Positions 1 to 10,182 of a stretch of DNA of 64,000 bases are shown here, piece by piece; position 1 is the first letter of the stretch, and the number at the start of each line of letters is the position of its first letter. The stretch is from assembly GCA_031412295.1 (NCBI GenBank), contig JANOCU010000032.1, positions 66,956 through 130,955 on the forward strand. The letters are read 5' to 3'. The notes below the pieces were generated by a model that had not been told where the DNA came from, made no database searches, and saw only the letters and a list, made by a program, of their open reading frames with translations. Source of the stretch: Bacteroidota bacterium. Lineage in GTDB: Bacteria; Bacteroidota; Bacteroidia; Palsa-965. Position numbers and translations under genes: made by a program.

Positions 1-222
1 GTCGTAATAAAATCTTCCTGATAATTCGGCTGCGAGATGTTGTGCGTCGGCAGCGCTTCCGCCATTTCCCGCCCACAACACTTTGCCACCATTCCTGTAG
101 CAATTCACAACTTCTTCAACGAGCTTGTGTAATGAATTTAAAATTGCATCGTGTGAAAGCAATGCTGTTTTTAAGTTCACCGATGCTTCTATGCGCTCGC
201 GTATAAATTTCAGCTCGTCCAT
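1..222 (-). CDS. gmhA: Phosphoheptose isomerase (SIS domain), 5' part only; the gene continues beyond the window start
   Basis: The reverse complement translates as [14 protein letters not shown]...[30 protein letters not shown], matching the GmhA SIS-domain motif GGKxLxxGNGGSxxDAQHxAxEL. Its start codon lies inside the 3' end of the upstream kinase gene. Confidence 0.7.
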   Translation of the reverse strand, partial: MDELKFIRERIEASVNLKTALLSHDAILNSLHKLVEEVVNCYRNGGKVLWAGNGGSAADAQHLAAELSGRFYYD

Positions 223-1235
223 GTAGTGAGTCCGTGATTGGTAAATGTAAAAGATTTTGTGCGTCCGCCGAATTGCTCTAATGCTTTTGCGACATTCAAA
301 CGTGTGGTGCCGGGACAATAGAAAAACATAAATCCGCCACCGCCGGCTCCTGAAATTTTTCCGCCGTTTGCTCCGGCTTTCATTGCTGCGAAATAAATGG
401 AATCTAAAAGATCATTGGAAATAGAGGCGGCCATTTTCTTTTTGTGCTCCCAGCCCATGTTTAAAATTTCGCCGAATTTATCTGTATCGCCGCGAAGCAA
501 ACATTCTTTCATGAGCACTGCATGTTTTTTTAATTCATGAGTTGCTTCAATTGCTTCGGTGTTATTTTTCTTTACGTTTTCGACTTGATGTGTGATGATC
601 TGCGCCGAGTCGCGTTTTGTTTCGGTGAAGTAGAGGAGGAGGTTCATCTCCAATTCATTCATCACATCGGGTTTGATCATCAGAGGATTTACAATGACTT
701 TATCGTTGGCGAGAAATTCCAAATAATTTACACCACCAAAAGTTGCCGCGTACTGATCTTGTTTTCCGCCGGCCATCTTCATTTCGATACGTTCAATCTC
801 GAAAGCCAAATGTGCAATATCGTATTGGCCAAGCGGCAACTTGAGCCACTCGACAAACGCGCCGATGATGGCAACTACCAATGTAGAAGACGTGCCGAGA
901 CCCGAACCCTGCGGCGCATCGATCCAGGTGGTCATGCGGAAGGAAAGTGGCTTGTGCGTGAATTGTTTTACGATGCGGTTATAAACACCGCATTGTAATT
1001 CGAAAGCGCGATCGTCGATTGGTAATGCGTTTGTTGCATCATACACACGCATAGTTGTAGCGCTGCCCGAAACGAATTCTATTTTTCCGTTGTCGAGTGG
1101 TTCAATGGTTGCGTATGCGTAGCTGCTGATGGTTGCATTAAGAATTGCACCGCCGAACATATCGGAATACGGAGAAACATCTGTTCCGCCGCCGGCAAGT
1201 CCCAAACGCAAAGGAGCTTTACTTTTGATCATCAT
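210..1235 (-). CDS. hddA: GHMP-family sugar kinase, probably D-glycero-alpha-D-manno-heptose 7-phosphate kinase
   Basis: 341 aa. It carries an N-terminal [11 protein letters not shown] motif and the GHMP ATP-binding motif [10 protein letters not shown]. It overlaps gmhA by 13 nt, as in GDP-heptose operons. Confidence 0.65.
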   Translation of the reverse strand: MMIKSKAPLRLGLAGGGTDVSPYSDMFGGAILNATISSYAYATIEPLDNGKIEFVSGSATTMRVYDATNALPIDDRAFELQCGVYNRIVKQFTHKPLSFRMTTWIDAPQGSGLGTSSTLVVAIIGAFVEWLKLPLGQYDIAHLAFEIERIEMKMAGGKQDQYAATFGGVNYLEFLANDKVIVNPLMIKPDVMNELEMNLLLYFTETKRDSAQIITHQVENVKKNNTEAIEATHELKKHAVLMKECLLRGDTDKFGEILNMGWEHKKKMAASISNDLLDSIYFAAMKAGANGGKISGAGGGGFMFFYCPGTTRLNVAKALEQFGGRTKSFTFTNHGLTTWTS

Positions 1236-1257
1236 ATCGCTACGAAAGTAGCTAATA

Positions 1258-1321
1258 GACGTGAGATTTTAGACTTGAGACAGGAGACAAAATAAAATAG
1301 CGCCTGCTCACATCTCACGTC
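1258..1321. repeat. Intergenic inverted repeat GACGTGAGAT ... ATCTCACGTC with an internal ACTTGAGAC motif
   Basis: The two 10-bp arms are exactly complementary and 44 nt apart. The same core recurs at 4755..4792. Confidence 0.5.
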
Positions 1322-1328
1322 GCACGTC

Positions 1329-2912
1329 TCACATCTCCTTCCCCCATCTCAAAGCAATTTTCGCTTGTCTCACTTCTTCAAAACTTTTTCCGCAGATCTT
1401 ACTTTCCAAATAAGACGCGAGGTCGAACATTCGTGCGCTCAGCTCATCGGTTTCGTTTTCCAATTCGTTTTCCACTTCCTGTTTCCACTTCCGGAATCGT
1501 TCTATAATTTCTGATTCATTCAGCACTTTTCGAAAAACATCGCGCAGGAAATCGAGGATTGCTTTTTCGACTTTATGCAATTGTTTCTTTTGCACCAGGA
1601 AGCGGTAAGTGGAACGCAATTGGCTGTCTATTCCCAACCGGTCGCCGTGTTCGAATTCTACGACCAGCAAAAAAATACGTGCGCCGGCAGCAAGTGAAAT
1701 TGCTTTTTCGGCTGCAGGATGACGTAAAAGTTGGCGAAGCTGTTTAGCTGCCTGTTGCAATTTTCCGTTTGTGAACAAGGCGCAGGCACTGATGTAAAGT
1801 GCAATCAGCTCTTCCATTGGGCGATTTACCAGCTCCTGATTTTTATGAAGATATCCGATCATAGAAGCAGAAAGTTCGTGCACATCATCGTAGCGGCCGG
1901 TTTCCCAGGCTTCCATTAGTTTTAATCGCTGCAATAAAATATTTGATTTCGGATTGCCAAGATTATCTTTTACAATAAGTCGTTCGAGCACTTCGATTGA
2001 GGCGCGGACTTCCGATCGATAAAATAATAATTCATACAATGCTTTATTATAAAAGGCGGTGATATACGCTGTTGATTTTGACGTTGAATATTTCCAGTTT
2101 TCCAATAACCAGCCGCAATGTACATCCGCATATTTCAAGCCTTCTTTTATATCGCCACATATGTAATTATAATTGACAAGGAGCTGGTAATACAAATTGC
2201 GTGTGTCGAACGATTGCAAACGGCTTGTGTCATAGTGCTGCCATTGCCGGATCTTTTCACGGAAATGATTTATGTCTTCTTCCGTGCGTACCTGCGTGAT
2301 ACCGGAAGTTTTTCGTTTCAACAATTCCATTTCATGCTGCATCGTCGTCACTTCAATAGAAAGTGCGCTTGTTTCTTTGATCTGCTCAAGTATATTTTCT
2401 GTGCCACCCACCCATTCCGAATTGTACATGATGGTATGTGAAAGGAGCACGTGCAATACTTCCGTTTTCAGAATGGTATGCCCGTTCTTTTCACACAGCT
2501 GCAGCGCGCGCAGCAAAAGTTTATGACCAAGGAGTGTCAGGCCTTTGCGTCGGAGAATTGTATATTGATTGAGCAGGTTTCTTATTTCATTTGGTGCAGA
2601 AGAATCATAGGATTCGAGATGGCGGAGAATTACGTTTTGCAAATAATTTTTCGCGCCGGGAAAATTTTTCATGAATTGATCTTTCGCTAATTTTTTGCGC
2701 AAGGCAGCTTCATCGTAAGCTTTCTGCTTATCAATTGCATCGAAAAGCCGGAGGTAATTGTTTTCGCCACTTCCCTGGTGCACAAAAGCCATCCGGCGGA
2801 TATAACCTTTCTCGTGCGGTGTAAGCGATTTGATCAATGCGAAAAGCTGGTCCCGGGCCATTGGAAGTAGTTTGATGCAAATGTGCTGATTGTTCGCGGA
2901 AGTAGCATACAA
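1329..2912 (-). CDS. Hypothetical alpha-helical protein, 527 aa or shorter; the start is uncertain and may be the internal Met of MARDQLF
   Basis: Long uninterrupted ORF with no recognisable catalytic motif. Confidence 0.45.
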   Translation of the reverse strand: MYATSANNQHICIKLLPMARDQLFALIKSLTPHEKGYIRRMAFVHQGSGENNYLRLFDAIDKQKAYDEAALRKKLAKDQFMKNFPGAKNYLQNVILRHLESYDSSAPNEIRNLLNQYTILRRKGLTLLGHKLLLRALQLCEKNGHTILKTEVLHVLLSHTIMYNSEWVGGTENILEQIKETSALSIEVTTMQHEMELLKRKTSGITQVRTEEDINHFREKIRQWQHYDTSRLQSFDTRNLYYQLLVNYNYICGDIKEGLKYADVHCGWLLENWKYSTSKSTAYITAFYNKALYELLFYRSEVRASIEVLERLIVKDNLGNPKSNILLQRLKLMEAWETGRYDDVHELSASMIGYLHKNQELVNRPMEELIALYISACALFTNGKLQQAAKQLRQLLRHPAAEKAISLAAGARIFLLVVEFEHGDRLGIDSQLRSTYRFLVQKKQLHKVEKAILDFLRDVFRKVLNESEIIERFRKWKQEVENELENETDELSARMFDLASYLESKICGKSFEEVRQAKIALRWGKEM

Positions 2913-3124
2913 GTCAGGTGGAAAAATTCAGCCTTCGAAACCGTATGAAAATTGCCTTAACTTATTTTTATTTAATTGTATGTCAGATAAATATCTGATA
3001 ATTTGTTTAAAAGTTGCCTCTTTCGAATCCGCATGAATAACAGCTCTTTTTCTTGACCGGGAAACGGAAGAAGTGAATCTTTAATCCCGCAAACACATTC
3101 TTTTAAACCGATAACTTCTACGAT

Positions 3125-4732
3125 ATGAAAAAGAGCTACAAACTTCTCCTGATCGCTTTTGCTTTTTCGTGCATGGCGAGCGCGCAATCTATTTCACTTG
3201 ATTGGGTACAAACCGAGCAATATGGCGTGGATAATATGGGCGATGTTTTTATTATTGATAAATCAACTAATGATATAGTAACCGGTGTTATGGGAGTTTA
3301 CCTGGATCCCAATAACCAGTACCATGCGAATGCTTTGAATCGCCGCAACCAGCAGGGACAAATGATCTGCGATACGATATTTAACGATACGTCTTATCTT
3401 AATTATCGGTTACGTGGCTTTTACCCGAAAAACGGTGACACGTATTATTGTCTCAATTACCAGTCAAGCAACCTCATCTTTGAGAAGATAAGTGTTACGG
3501 GACAATTGTTATGGCAGCAGCAGCTTCCGCGTGCGACTTTATTTTTCGCTTATGATTGGAATTTGAAGGGCAATAATTATGTGATCGATGATTCGCTGAA
3601 CAATCGCATGTTATGGATGTTCGAACAATATGATCCTGCGTTCACAACCAGGAGCATTGGTGTTCTTGCAACAGATAATACAACCGGTGCAATTACAATA
3701 ATCGATACGTTAAGTCAATCCAGCCAGGCGACATGGAACTCATTTGCTGTAGAGCTGCAGCGCGACAATTACAACCACATTTATTTGAGCTCCTCAGATT
3801 CAAATCCGGGTATGCGAATTTCGTTGCTTGAAAACGGGCAATGGACAACCGTAGCCGCGCATGATTCTGTCGGAGAAAGGGATTATCCGCAGTCGATGCG
3901 CATCGTTGGAAATACGATGTTTGTCACTTCGCGTATTGAATTGAATTCCTATTCCATCAACAAGCTTCGTATTTATTCCATCGACAGTGCCGGTCATCTC
4001 ACGCTGATAAGTGAGCAGAACATGTCGGATACGCAAAATTATCTCTTGGGAATGCGTACGTTCAATAATTGCTGCTACGTATTTACTTCGGGATATGTAA
4101 ATTTTGGGTATCCAATGCTGACGCCGACGATTTGGAAATATGATAATGCAGGAAATCTTATCAGCACATTTACGTTATCCAATTTCGTTTCAAAATGTAT
4201 ATTGGATCTGGCTGTAACGAATAATGCTATTTATTGCTCCATGTATTCATCTGCCGGATATAATATGCTCGAAGTGATAGATCCGTTTGCAGGGCAACAT
4301 TTGACAAATTATTCGCTGCTTTACGAATTTACTGCTAGTGCAAATGATGGAGCTTACCAGGTGGAAGCGTACAGCACAAATGCAACAAGTGATGTGATTT
4401 TTATTGCCGGGAATCAATGGGTGAACAATACGAATATATTCGCCCGCCTTGCAAGATATGAGTATCAGGGAATGGAAAACAGCACGGGGGAATTAAGTGA
4501 TGATCCAATACTTACAGTATTTCCAAATCCCGCGAAAGATCGGCTGTTTGTGAATTACGCAAGCGAGGATTACACTATAGAAATAACTGATGCAGCGGGG
4601 AAATTGATTTTATCGCAACAAGCGCAAACCGCTCAGCAGGTTCTTGCTATTGGCGAATTAAGCAAAGGAATTTATTTTATCCGCTTGCACGATACAGAAA
4701 AAACTGTGGTGCGAAAATTCGTAAAAGAATAA
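3125..4732 (+). CDS. Secreted protein with a T9SS type-A C-terminal sorting domain
   Basis: It has a signal peptide, MKKSYKLLLIAFAFSCMASAQ. The C-terminus ...ILTVFPNPAKDRLFVNY...GIYFIRLHD... is a typical Por_Secre_tail. Confidence 0.7.
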   Translation: MKKSYKLLLIAFAFSCMASAQSISLDWVQTEQYGVDNMGDVFIIDKSTNDIVTGVMGVYLDPNNQYHANALNRRNQQGQMICDTIFNDTSYLNYRLRGFYPKNGDTYYCLNYQSSNLIFEKISVTGQLLWQQQLPRATLFFAYDWNLKGNNYVIDDSLNNRMLWMFEQYDPAFTTRSIGVLATDNTTGAITIIDTLSQSSQATWNSFAVELQRDNYNHIYLSSSDSNPGMRISLLENGQWTTVAAHDSVGERDYPQSMRIVGNTMFVTSRIELNSYSINKLRIYSIDSAGHLTLISEQNMSDTQNYLLGMRTFNNCCYVFTSGYVNFGYPMLTPTIWKYDNAGNLISTFTLSNFVSKCILDLAVTNNAIYCSMYSSAGYNMLEVIDPFAGQHLTNYSLLYEFTASANDGAYQVEAYSTNATSDVIFIAGNQWVNNTNIFARLARYEYQGMENSTGELSDDPILTVFPNPAKDRLFVNYASEDYTIEITDAAGKLILSQQAQTAQQVLAIGELSKGIYFIRLHDTEKTVVRKFVKE

Positions 4733-4754
4733 AGATAGACTTGGGATAAGAGAC

Positions 4755-4792
4755 TTGAGACGTGAGAAGAATTAGAAATTCTCACGTCTCAA
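4755..4792. terminator. Bidirectional hairpin terminator between convergent genes
   Basis: TTGAGACGTGAG then a 14-nt loop then CTCACGTCTCAA. The 12-bp stem is perfect and the loop is itself palindromic. Confidence 0.55.
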
Positions 4793-4793
4793 A

Positions 4794-5945
4794 TCAATCC
4801 ATCAAAATGCGGCGGTACAAGGTCTCAATATTATCCACCATCACATCCCAGCCGTATTTCTTTTTCTCTTCAATCGTTTCGCGCACAAAATCCTCTTCGC
4901 GTAAATTATCATAAAAGTCAACAATGCTGTCGGCAATAGCCTTTGCTTTCGGCGGTACCACATAACCTGATTTGCCGTGGAAAATAATTTCTCCGAGTCC
5001 GCCCACATTCGTTACAAGTGAAGGCTTATCAAACTGCAATGCAATTTTTGTTACGCCGCTTTGTGTGGCTGTATGATACGTCTGTGCAACTAAATCGCAA
5101 GCCGAGAAATACCATTTCACATCTTCATTCGCAATAAATTTCGCGTGCAGCACCACGTGATTTTTTAATTCGTACTTGTGAATTATTTCATCGTAGTACG
5201 TGCGGTCTTCATAAAATTCACCTGCAACAAGCAATTTTACACCGAGATTTTTCACGCGCACATCGGCCATTGCTTCTAGCAAAAGATCAAGTCCTTTGTA
5301 ACGGCGAATCAATCCGAAGAACAAAAGATATTTTCCGCTTTCATCAACACGTAAATGTTTACGCGCTTTGATTTTTTCTTCCGCATCACCGAACGAAGTA
5401 TACAGCGGATGTTCAGTAAAAATTTTCGTTGTGGAATCGGTGAATTGCTGCAGATCATGCAATACTTTTTGCGACATGGTTAAATAGCCATCGCAGCTTT
5501 TCAGGAAATAAGAAGAAAATAGTTTATCGCCCGGACGTTTTTCATGCGGAATAGCATTGTCAACGATCGCGATCACTTTTGTTTTTTTATTTTTCTTCGC
5601 GCGGCGTGCAATAGTTCCAAGCGACGGTCCCATAAACGGCAACCAGTAACGAATGAGAATAAAATCGGGCTGCTCTTTTTTAATGTAATTACCAACCGAA
5701 AGCCAGTTGAACGGATTGACGGAATTTATTTTGGTTTCAATGGTAATTCCTTCCGGTGCTTTTCCGCTTTCATCAAATTGCGTGGTTCCGGGGAATAGAA
5801 ATCCGGGATATTGCAATGAAAATGAAATGATGCTGCAATCGTGTCCCGCAGCAATTAACGAACGGCAAAGCAGCTCATCAAAAGTGGCAAGTCCGCCGCG
5901 CAAAGGCCAGGCGGGTCCGAGAATGAATATTTTTTTCTTTTCCAA
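4794..5945 (-). CDS. Glycosyltransferase, family 4-like
   Basis: 383 aa. The N-terminus KIFILGPAWPLRGGLATF and the C-terminal half fit the GT-B retaining glycosyltransferase pattern. Confidence 0.65.
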   Translation of the reverse strand: MEKKKIFILGPAWPLRGGLATFDELLCRSLIAAGHDCSIISFSLQYPGFLFPGTTQFDESGKAPEGITIETKINSVNPFNWLSVGNYIKKEQPDFILIRYWLPFMGPSLGTIARRAKKNKKTKVIAIVDNAIPHEKRPGDKLFSSYFLKSCDGYLTMSQKVLHDLQQFTDSTTKIFTEHPLYTSFGDAEEKIKARKHLRVDESGKYLLFFGLIRRYKGLDLLLEAMADVRVKNLGVKLLVAGEFYEDRTYYDEIIHKYELKNHVVLHAKFIANEDVKWYFSACDLVAQTYHTATQSGVTKIALQFDKPSLVTNVGGLGEIIFHGKSGYVVPPKAKAIADSIVDFYDNLREEDFVRETIEEKKKYGWDVMVDNIETLYRRILMD

Positions 5946-5995
5946 AATTGTCTGACAAAGTTAAGCGCGTGAGCTTACCCTCGCCGAAACCGGTG

Positions 5996-7567
5996 TTAAT
6001 GTTTTACACAGCACAACACATGCCCTGCAGGAATTCCATTTTCATATACAGAAACCGTGTACATTCCTTCTGCTAAGGCGGAAATTGAAATGTGGAATTT
6101 ATTTTCAGCATTCAATTGCAACGTCTCACTCCTGTTTATTCGTCCGGCTATATCAGTAATTTCAACGACCAGATTCGCATTCAGATCTTTCGGGGTATAA
6201 TGAATCGTCAACTCATCATTGGCCGGATTTGGAAAAATTGTTGGCCTGGCCAATGCTGCCGAATTTTCATTTATACCTGTTGGCAAACAACCATTCCATT
6301 TATCATAACCCAGCTGAACAGTTGTATCCGAATAATTAATATTTTCTGTTTGAATAAAATGAGGAATCGATAGGAGCTGGTTGGATAAAGTGGTGCTTGA
6401 ATTTACGGTAGTGATAATTGCGCGGGGCTTGAGGCAGCTTGAAATGGTATTCATATCGAAACGCATTAATGTATGACGATAATCCATAACCGCATCGTGG
6501 TAAATAGGACCGGCAAGCATAAATTCATTCGAGCTGCAAGGCTTTAAAACTTTGTAATTATTACTGCTGTTTACTGTAAATCCGGCACCGACCGGAAAAC
6601 CGAGCGTGTCTATTTCAAACATAACGCTGTCGGAGTAAAGCATAAGATTATTTCCGCTCGGATAAATATTCCTGATAGCGCTCATCGTCAAGCTGTTGGC
6701 CATGAGATACGTATGATACCAAATGAGAGCGCCGGAAGTATCAAATTTCGCAACGTATGAAACGCTTGTGCTTGTAAACGTAGTTCCGCCTGCAAAAATT
6801 GAACTACCAACACGGCATAAAGTAAACGCATTTCCTATGGAAGGATAAGATTTGGACCAGATAATTGCGCCGCCGGTTGTTGTTTTTGTAAGTGCTAAAC
6901 AATTTGCTTCACCATTGAATAAAAGTGTTGTATCCGGAAGCAAAAGGCAATCGCGTCCGCGGCTATACAAAGTATTTACCTGGTAAATTCCACTTGAAAT
7001 TACATTCAATTGTTGATCAAGCCTGTAAAATCCAAAGCGCTCATATTCTGAAATGCTGATGATAATGCTGCTATCTTCAGAGATGGTGAGCAACGGAAGA
7101 ACATTGGCATTACTGATATTAAGGGTGTCGCCGAGAGCAGTATAATCGAGCACATTTCCATTTGTGTCAAAAACAAAGATCACGTAAGCAGGTCTGCCGG
7201 GTACGCCTGTTTCCGCGAACATATAATAGTTGCCATTCAACAATTCCCCGACATTGGAAAAATTAATATTGTCGTAAGGCATTGCAGCATTATTAAAATT
7301 CAGCATAGTCGACCAGGTTTCCTGCAAAGCAGTATCTGTGCGAATCAATATGGTGTTGCGCACATTTGTTGAAGAGTATTTTTCTGCTGTAAGAAGGTAG
7401 CCGGATTGGTTGGAAAGTTCATGGCAATTGGTAAATGTTGTACCCACCATCGGGTTATTCACACCGAAAGAGAAGTATTTTGAAAATGTCGATTGCGCGT
7501 TTGCGGTGAAGACAACAAACAATAAGGCAATAACAAGAGTAAATCGCGACTTTTGTGTAGAGATCAT
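5996..7567 (-). CDS. Secreted protein with a T9SS type-A C-terminal sorting domain
   Basis: It has a signal peptide. The C-terminus TIFPNPANDELTIHY...GMYTVSVYENG is a Por_Secre_tail. Confidence 0.7.
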   Translation of the reverse strand: MISTQKSRFTLVIALLFVVFTANAQSTFSKYFSFGVNNPMVGTTFTNCHELSNQSGYLLTAEKYSSTNVRNTILIRTDTALQETWSTMLNFNNAAMPYDNINFSNVGELLNGNYYMFAETGVPGRPAYVIFVFDTNGNVLDYTALGDTLNISNANVLPLLTISEDSSIIISISEYERFGFYRLDQQLNVISSGIYQVNTLYSRGRDCLLLPDTTLLFNGEANCLALTKTTTGGAIIWSKSYPSIGNAFTLCRVGSSIFAGGTTFTSTSVSYVAKFDTSGALIWYHTYLMANSLTMSAIRNIYPSGNNLMLYSDSVMFEIDTLGFPVGAGFTVNSSNNYKVLKPCSSNEFMLAGPIYHDAVMDYRHTLMRFDMNTISSCLKPRAIITTVNSSTTLSNQLLSIPHFIQTENINYSDTTVQLGYDKWNGCLPTGINENSAALARPTIFPNPANDELTIHYTPKDLNANLVVEITDIAGRINRSETLQLNAENKFHISISALAEGMYTVSVYENGIPAGHVLCCVKH

Positions 7568-7920
7568 GATGCAAATTAGAATGAATGGAAAGAAATAGAA
7601 ACGGAATAAATGAGTAAATCTTACCTGTTCAGGAAAAATTCTGCTGAATTGCCCGGATTTAGTATAATAATACTCCCACGAACCGGCAGAAAAAAATGGA
7701 AATTAAAATTGTTTGAATACAAGATTCAGTATTGAAATTCTTCTTAGTCTTGCATAATAATTTGATAATCAGTATTTAATCACCGAGTGAGTTGGCTTTT
7801 TCATGAAATCTCGAATATTGAATATTGAATATTGAATTTTTGTTTTAAATCTTGAATTTTGAATATTGAATTTATTCCCTACATTTGCAGCCCTGATAAA
7901 ATTAACATACCACACACAAA

Positions 7921-8115
7921 ATGATCGTAGTAGCAGTTAAAGAAGGAGAGTCAATCGAAAAAGCTCTCAAAAAGTTCAAGAAAAAATTCGAAAAGACAGG
8001 CGTTGTACGTGAATTACGTGATCGTCAGAAATTTACAAAACCGTCTATTCGCAAGCGTGAAACAAAGTTGAAAGCCATCTACAAACAGGCGCTTCAGCTT
8101 TCTGAAGAAGCATAG
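7921..8115 (+). CDS. rpsU: 30S ribosomal protein S21
   Basis: MIVVAVKEGESIEKALKKFKKKFEKTGVVRELRDRQKFTKPSIRKRE is an S21 signature. Confidence 0.9.
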   Translation: MIVVAVKEGESIEKALKKFKKKFEKTGVVRELRDRQKFTKPSIRKRETKLKAIYKQALQLSEEA

Positions 8116-8236
8116 ACAGATGATATTGTAGAATCGCGATGCTTCGCGATTCAATATTAACATACATACACACAATTGTGCGAACTTCCTTAAACGGAAT
8201 CCGTACAATTGTGTGTATTTCTTTTTATAGCTGTTT

Positions 8237-9160
8237 GTGAACGACGACGCCACCGATATTTTCGACCCATTTATTGATTACCTCGGTTTTGAAAGGCGGC
8301 TTTCTCCTCATACCCTGACGGCCTACCGCACGGATCTCATCCAATTCCGTGATTTTCTCGCCACTTCTTACGAAAATCTGCCTCCACTGGAAGCCAATTA
8401 TCCCATCATCCGCACGTGGATCGCTTCTTTGATGGACAATAGCATTACCCCGCGTTCTGTAAATCGCAAGATCACAACGCTCCGCACTTATTTTCATTTT
8501 TTGCTCAAGAACGAGCTCATCCAGGTTAACCCGATGCTTAAGATCCAGGGACCGAAATCGGGTAAACGTCTGCCTGTGTTTGTGGAGGAAAAGCAGATGG
8601 AGAATTTGCTGGACAAAACTGCCTTCGAAGAGCGTGAAGCTGATGCGTATGATGCGATGCTTGTGCGGTTGGTAGTGGGAATGCTGTATGAAACAGGTAT
8701 GCGACTTTCAGAGTTGATAAATCTGAAGCAGGTTGACTTCGAACCGGTTGCAGGAACAGTAAAAGTTTTGGGAAAAAGAAATAAAGAAAGGATCATTCCG
8801 CTTACCGTTGAATTGATTGAACTTGGAAAGCAATTTGTCAATGAAAAGATAAAAGAAAACGTGCCTGCCGGTGATGAAAAATTTGTTTTTCTCCTACAGA
8901 AAAAAGATGGAAAAAAACTGAATGAAAAGTTTGTCTACACCCGTGTAAAATTCTACCTTAGTCTTGTAACAACCATTAATAAAAAATCCCCACATGTTTT
9001 ACGCCACTCTTTTGCTACTCACATGCTTAACAACGGTGCTGATCTTAACGCTATCAAAGAGCTTCTCGGTCATGCCAATTTATCTGCGACGCAAGTCTAC
9101 ACGCACAATACGGTCGAAAAATTAAAAGCGATTTATCACAAAGCGCACCCCCGCGCATGA
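8237..9160 (+). CDS. xerC: Tyrosine site-specific recombinase of the XerC/XerD family
   Basis: The N-terminal SAM-like domain reads LGFERRLSPHTLTAYRTDL. The C-terminal catalytic region reads RHSFATHMLNNGADLNAIKELLGHANLSATQVYTH and carries the catalytic Tyr. Its position between rpsU and hpf is conserved in Bacteroidota. Confidence 0.85.
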   Translation: MNDDATDIFDPFIDYLGFERRLSPHTLTAYRTDLIQFRDFLATSYENLPPLEANYPIIRTWIASLMDNSITPRSVNRKITTLRTYFHFLLKNELIQVNPMLKIQGPKSGKRLPVFVEEKQMENLLDKTAFEEREADAYDAMLVRLVVGMLYETGMRLSELINLKQVDFEPVAGTVKVLGKRNKERIIPLTVELIELGKQFVNEKIKENVPAGDEKFVFLLQKKDGKKLNEKFVYTRVKFYLSLVTTINKKSPHVLRHSFATHMLNNGADLNAIKELLGHANLSATQVYTHNTVEKLKAIYHKAHPRA

Positions 9161-9216
9161 AATTCATTTAATAAGGACAATGGTCCGAAACATATCCAAA
9201 AACAAGGAGGACAATT

Positions 9217-9516
9217 ATGAACATCCAGATCCAATCCATCCATTTTACCGCAGATCAAAAGTTGCTGGGGTTTATTGAGGAAAAAGTAGCAAAGCTTACA
9301 CATTTTTATGATGGAATTATCAGCAGCGAAGTTTTTTTGAGGCTTGATAACGCAGATGATGCAACAAATAAAGTGGCGGAAATAAAATTGATTGTTCCCG
9401 GAAACGATTTGTATGTAAAACGTCAATGTAAAACATTCGAAGAAGCGATTGACACAGGAATTTCAGCGCTTTCAAAACAGGTGAAGCGCTATAAAGAAAA
9501 ACAAAAAGGGATTTAA
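9217..9516 (+). CDS. hpf: Ribosome hibernation promoting factor (RaiA/HPF family)
   Basis: 99 aa. MNIQIQSIHFTADQKLLGFIEEKVAKL...IKLIVPGNDLYVKRQ matches the YfiA/HPF fold signature. Confidence 0.85.
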   Translation: MNIQIQSIHFTADQKLLGFIEEKVAKLTHFYDGIISSEVFLRLDNADDATNKVAEIKLIVPGNDLYVKRQCKTFEEAIDTGISALSKQVKRYKEKQKGI

Positions 9517-9540
9517 TCCTTTAAAATTTGAATTTAAAAA

Positions 9541-9576
9541 ACGTCTTGTCGGTTTGACAGGACGTTTTTTTTTATT
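9541..9576 (+). terminator. Rho-independent terminator after hpf
   Basis: ACGTCTTGTCGGTTTGACAGGACGT stem-loop followed by a T9 run. Confidence 0.7.
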
Positions 9577-9674
9577 TTCGCCGCGGTTTTAGTTTGAAAA
9601 CGGAGTTGAAGATCGATTAACAAGGTTTCGGGCTCAAAAAAGGCTGAAAATCACGTAAAAAAATAATATCAAAT

Positions 9675-9704
9675 TTGTTGCGTGATGAAATAATTGTACA
9701 TTTG
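9675..9704 (+). promoter_or_regulatory. Bacteroidota sigma-A-type promoter, TTG-N19-TACATTTG, for the tRNA-tuf transcription unit
   Basis: TTG at 9675..9677, a 19-nt spacer, then TACATTTG at 9697..9704. The same TACATTTGCAG -7 element lies upstream of rpsU at 7880..7890. Confidence 0.5.
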
Positions 9705-9812
9705 CAGTCCTTTTTGAGGGGCATCCAATTAAAAAGCCTCTAAAGTTCTTTGAAATCAGGAGATGTATGCATGATGGTCGCTTAGGCACATCCTCAGTGA
9801 CTCACACTAATA

Positions 9813-9885
9813 GCCGGTGTAGCTCAGCTGGTAGAGCAGCTGATTTGTAATCAGCAGGTCGGAGGTTCGAATCCCTTCGCCGGCT
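9813..9885 (+). tRNA. tRNA-Thr (anticodon TGT)
   Basis: The acceptor stem GCCGGTG pairs with CGCCGGC. D arm is GCTCAGCTGGTAGAGC. Anticodon stem-loop is GCTGA-TTTGTAA-TCAGC. T loop is TTCGAAT. Confidence 0.8.
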
Positions 9886-9960
9886 CATTTTTTTTATTAA
9901 AAATGAATCAAATAATTGTCACAGGGGAGGCTAAGGATATCAGCTTCATCAATGGCTTCG

Positions 9961-10042
9961 GGGGAGATACTCAAGCGGCCAACGAGGACAGACTGTAAAT
10001 CTGTTGACTTAGTCTTCACAGGTTCGAATCCTGTTCTCCCCA
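9961..10042 (+). tRNA. tRNA-Tyr (anticodon GTA)
   Basis: The acceptor stem GGGGAGA pairs with TCTCCCC. Anticodon loop is CTGTAAA. The long variable arm is typical of tRNA-Tyr. Confidence 0.85.
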
Positions 10043-10109
10043 CACATCCACCCGGCTTGGGTGGATACCTGCAAGGCAAATGCAGTAGTAATCGGAAGAT
10101 AAAAATTAA

Positions 10110-10182
10110 GCGGAAGTAGCTCATTTGGTAGAGCGATAGCCTTCCAAGCTATAGGTGGCCGGTTCGAGCCCGGTCTTCCGCT
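10110..10182 (+). tRNA. tRNA-Gly (anticodon TCC)
   Basis: The acceptor stem GCGGAAG pairs with CTTCCGC. The anticodon stem-loop is ATAGC-CTTCCAA-GCTAT. Confidence 0.85.

Noticed and set aside
8237-9160. XerC-like recombinase next to a tRNA cluster, considered as an integrative-element integrase
   Set aside because: No cargo genes are present, and the position between rpsU and hpf is conserved in Bacteroidota.
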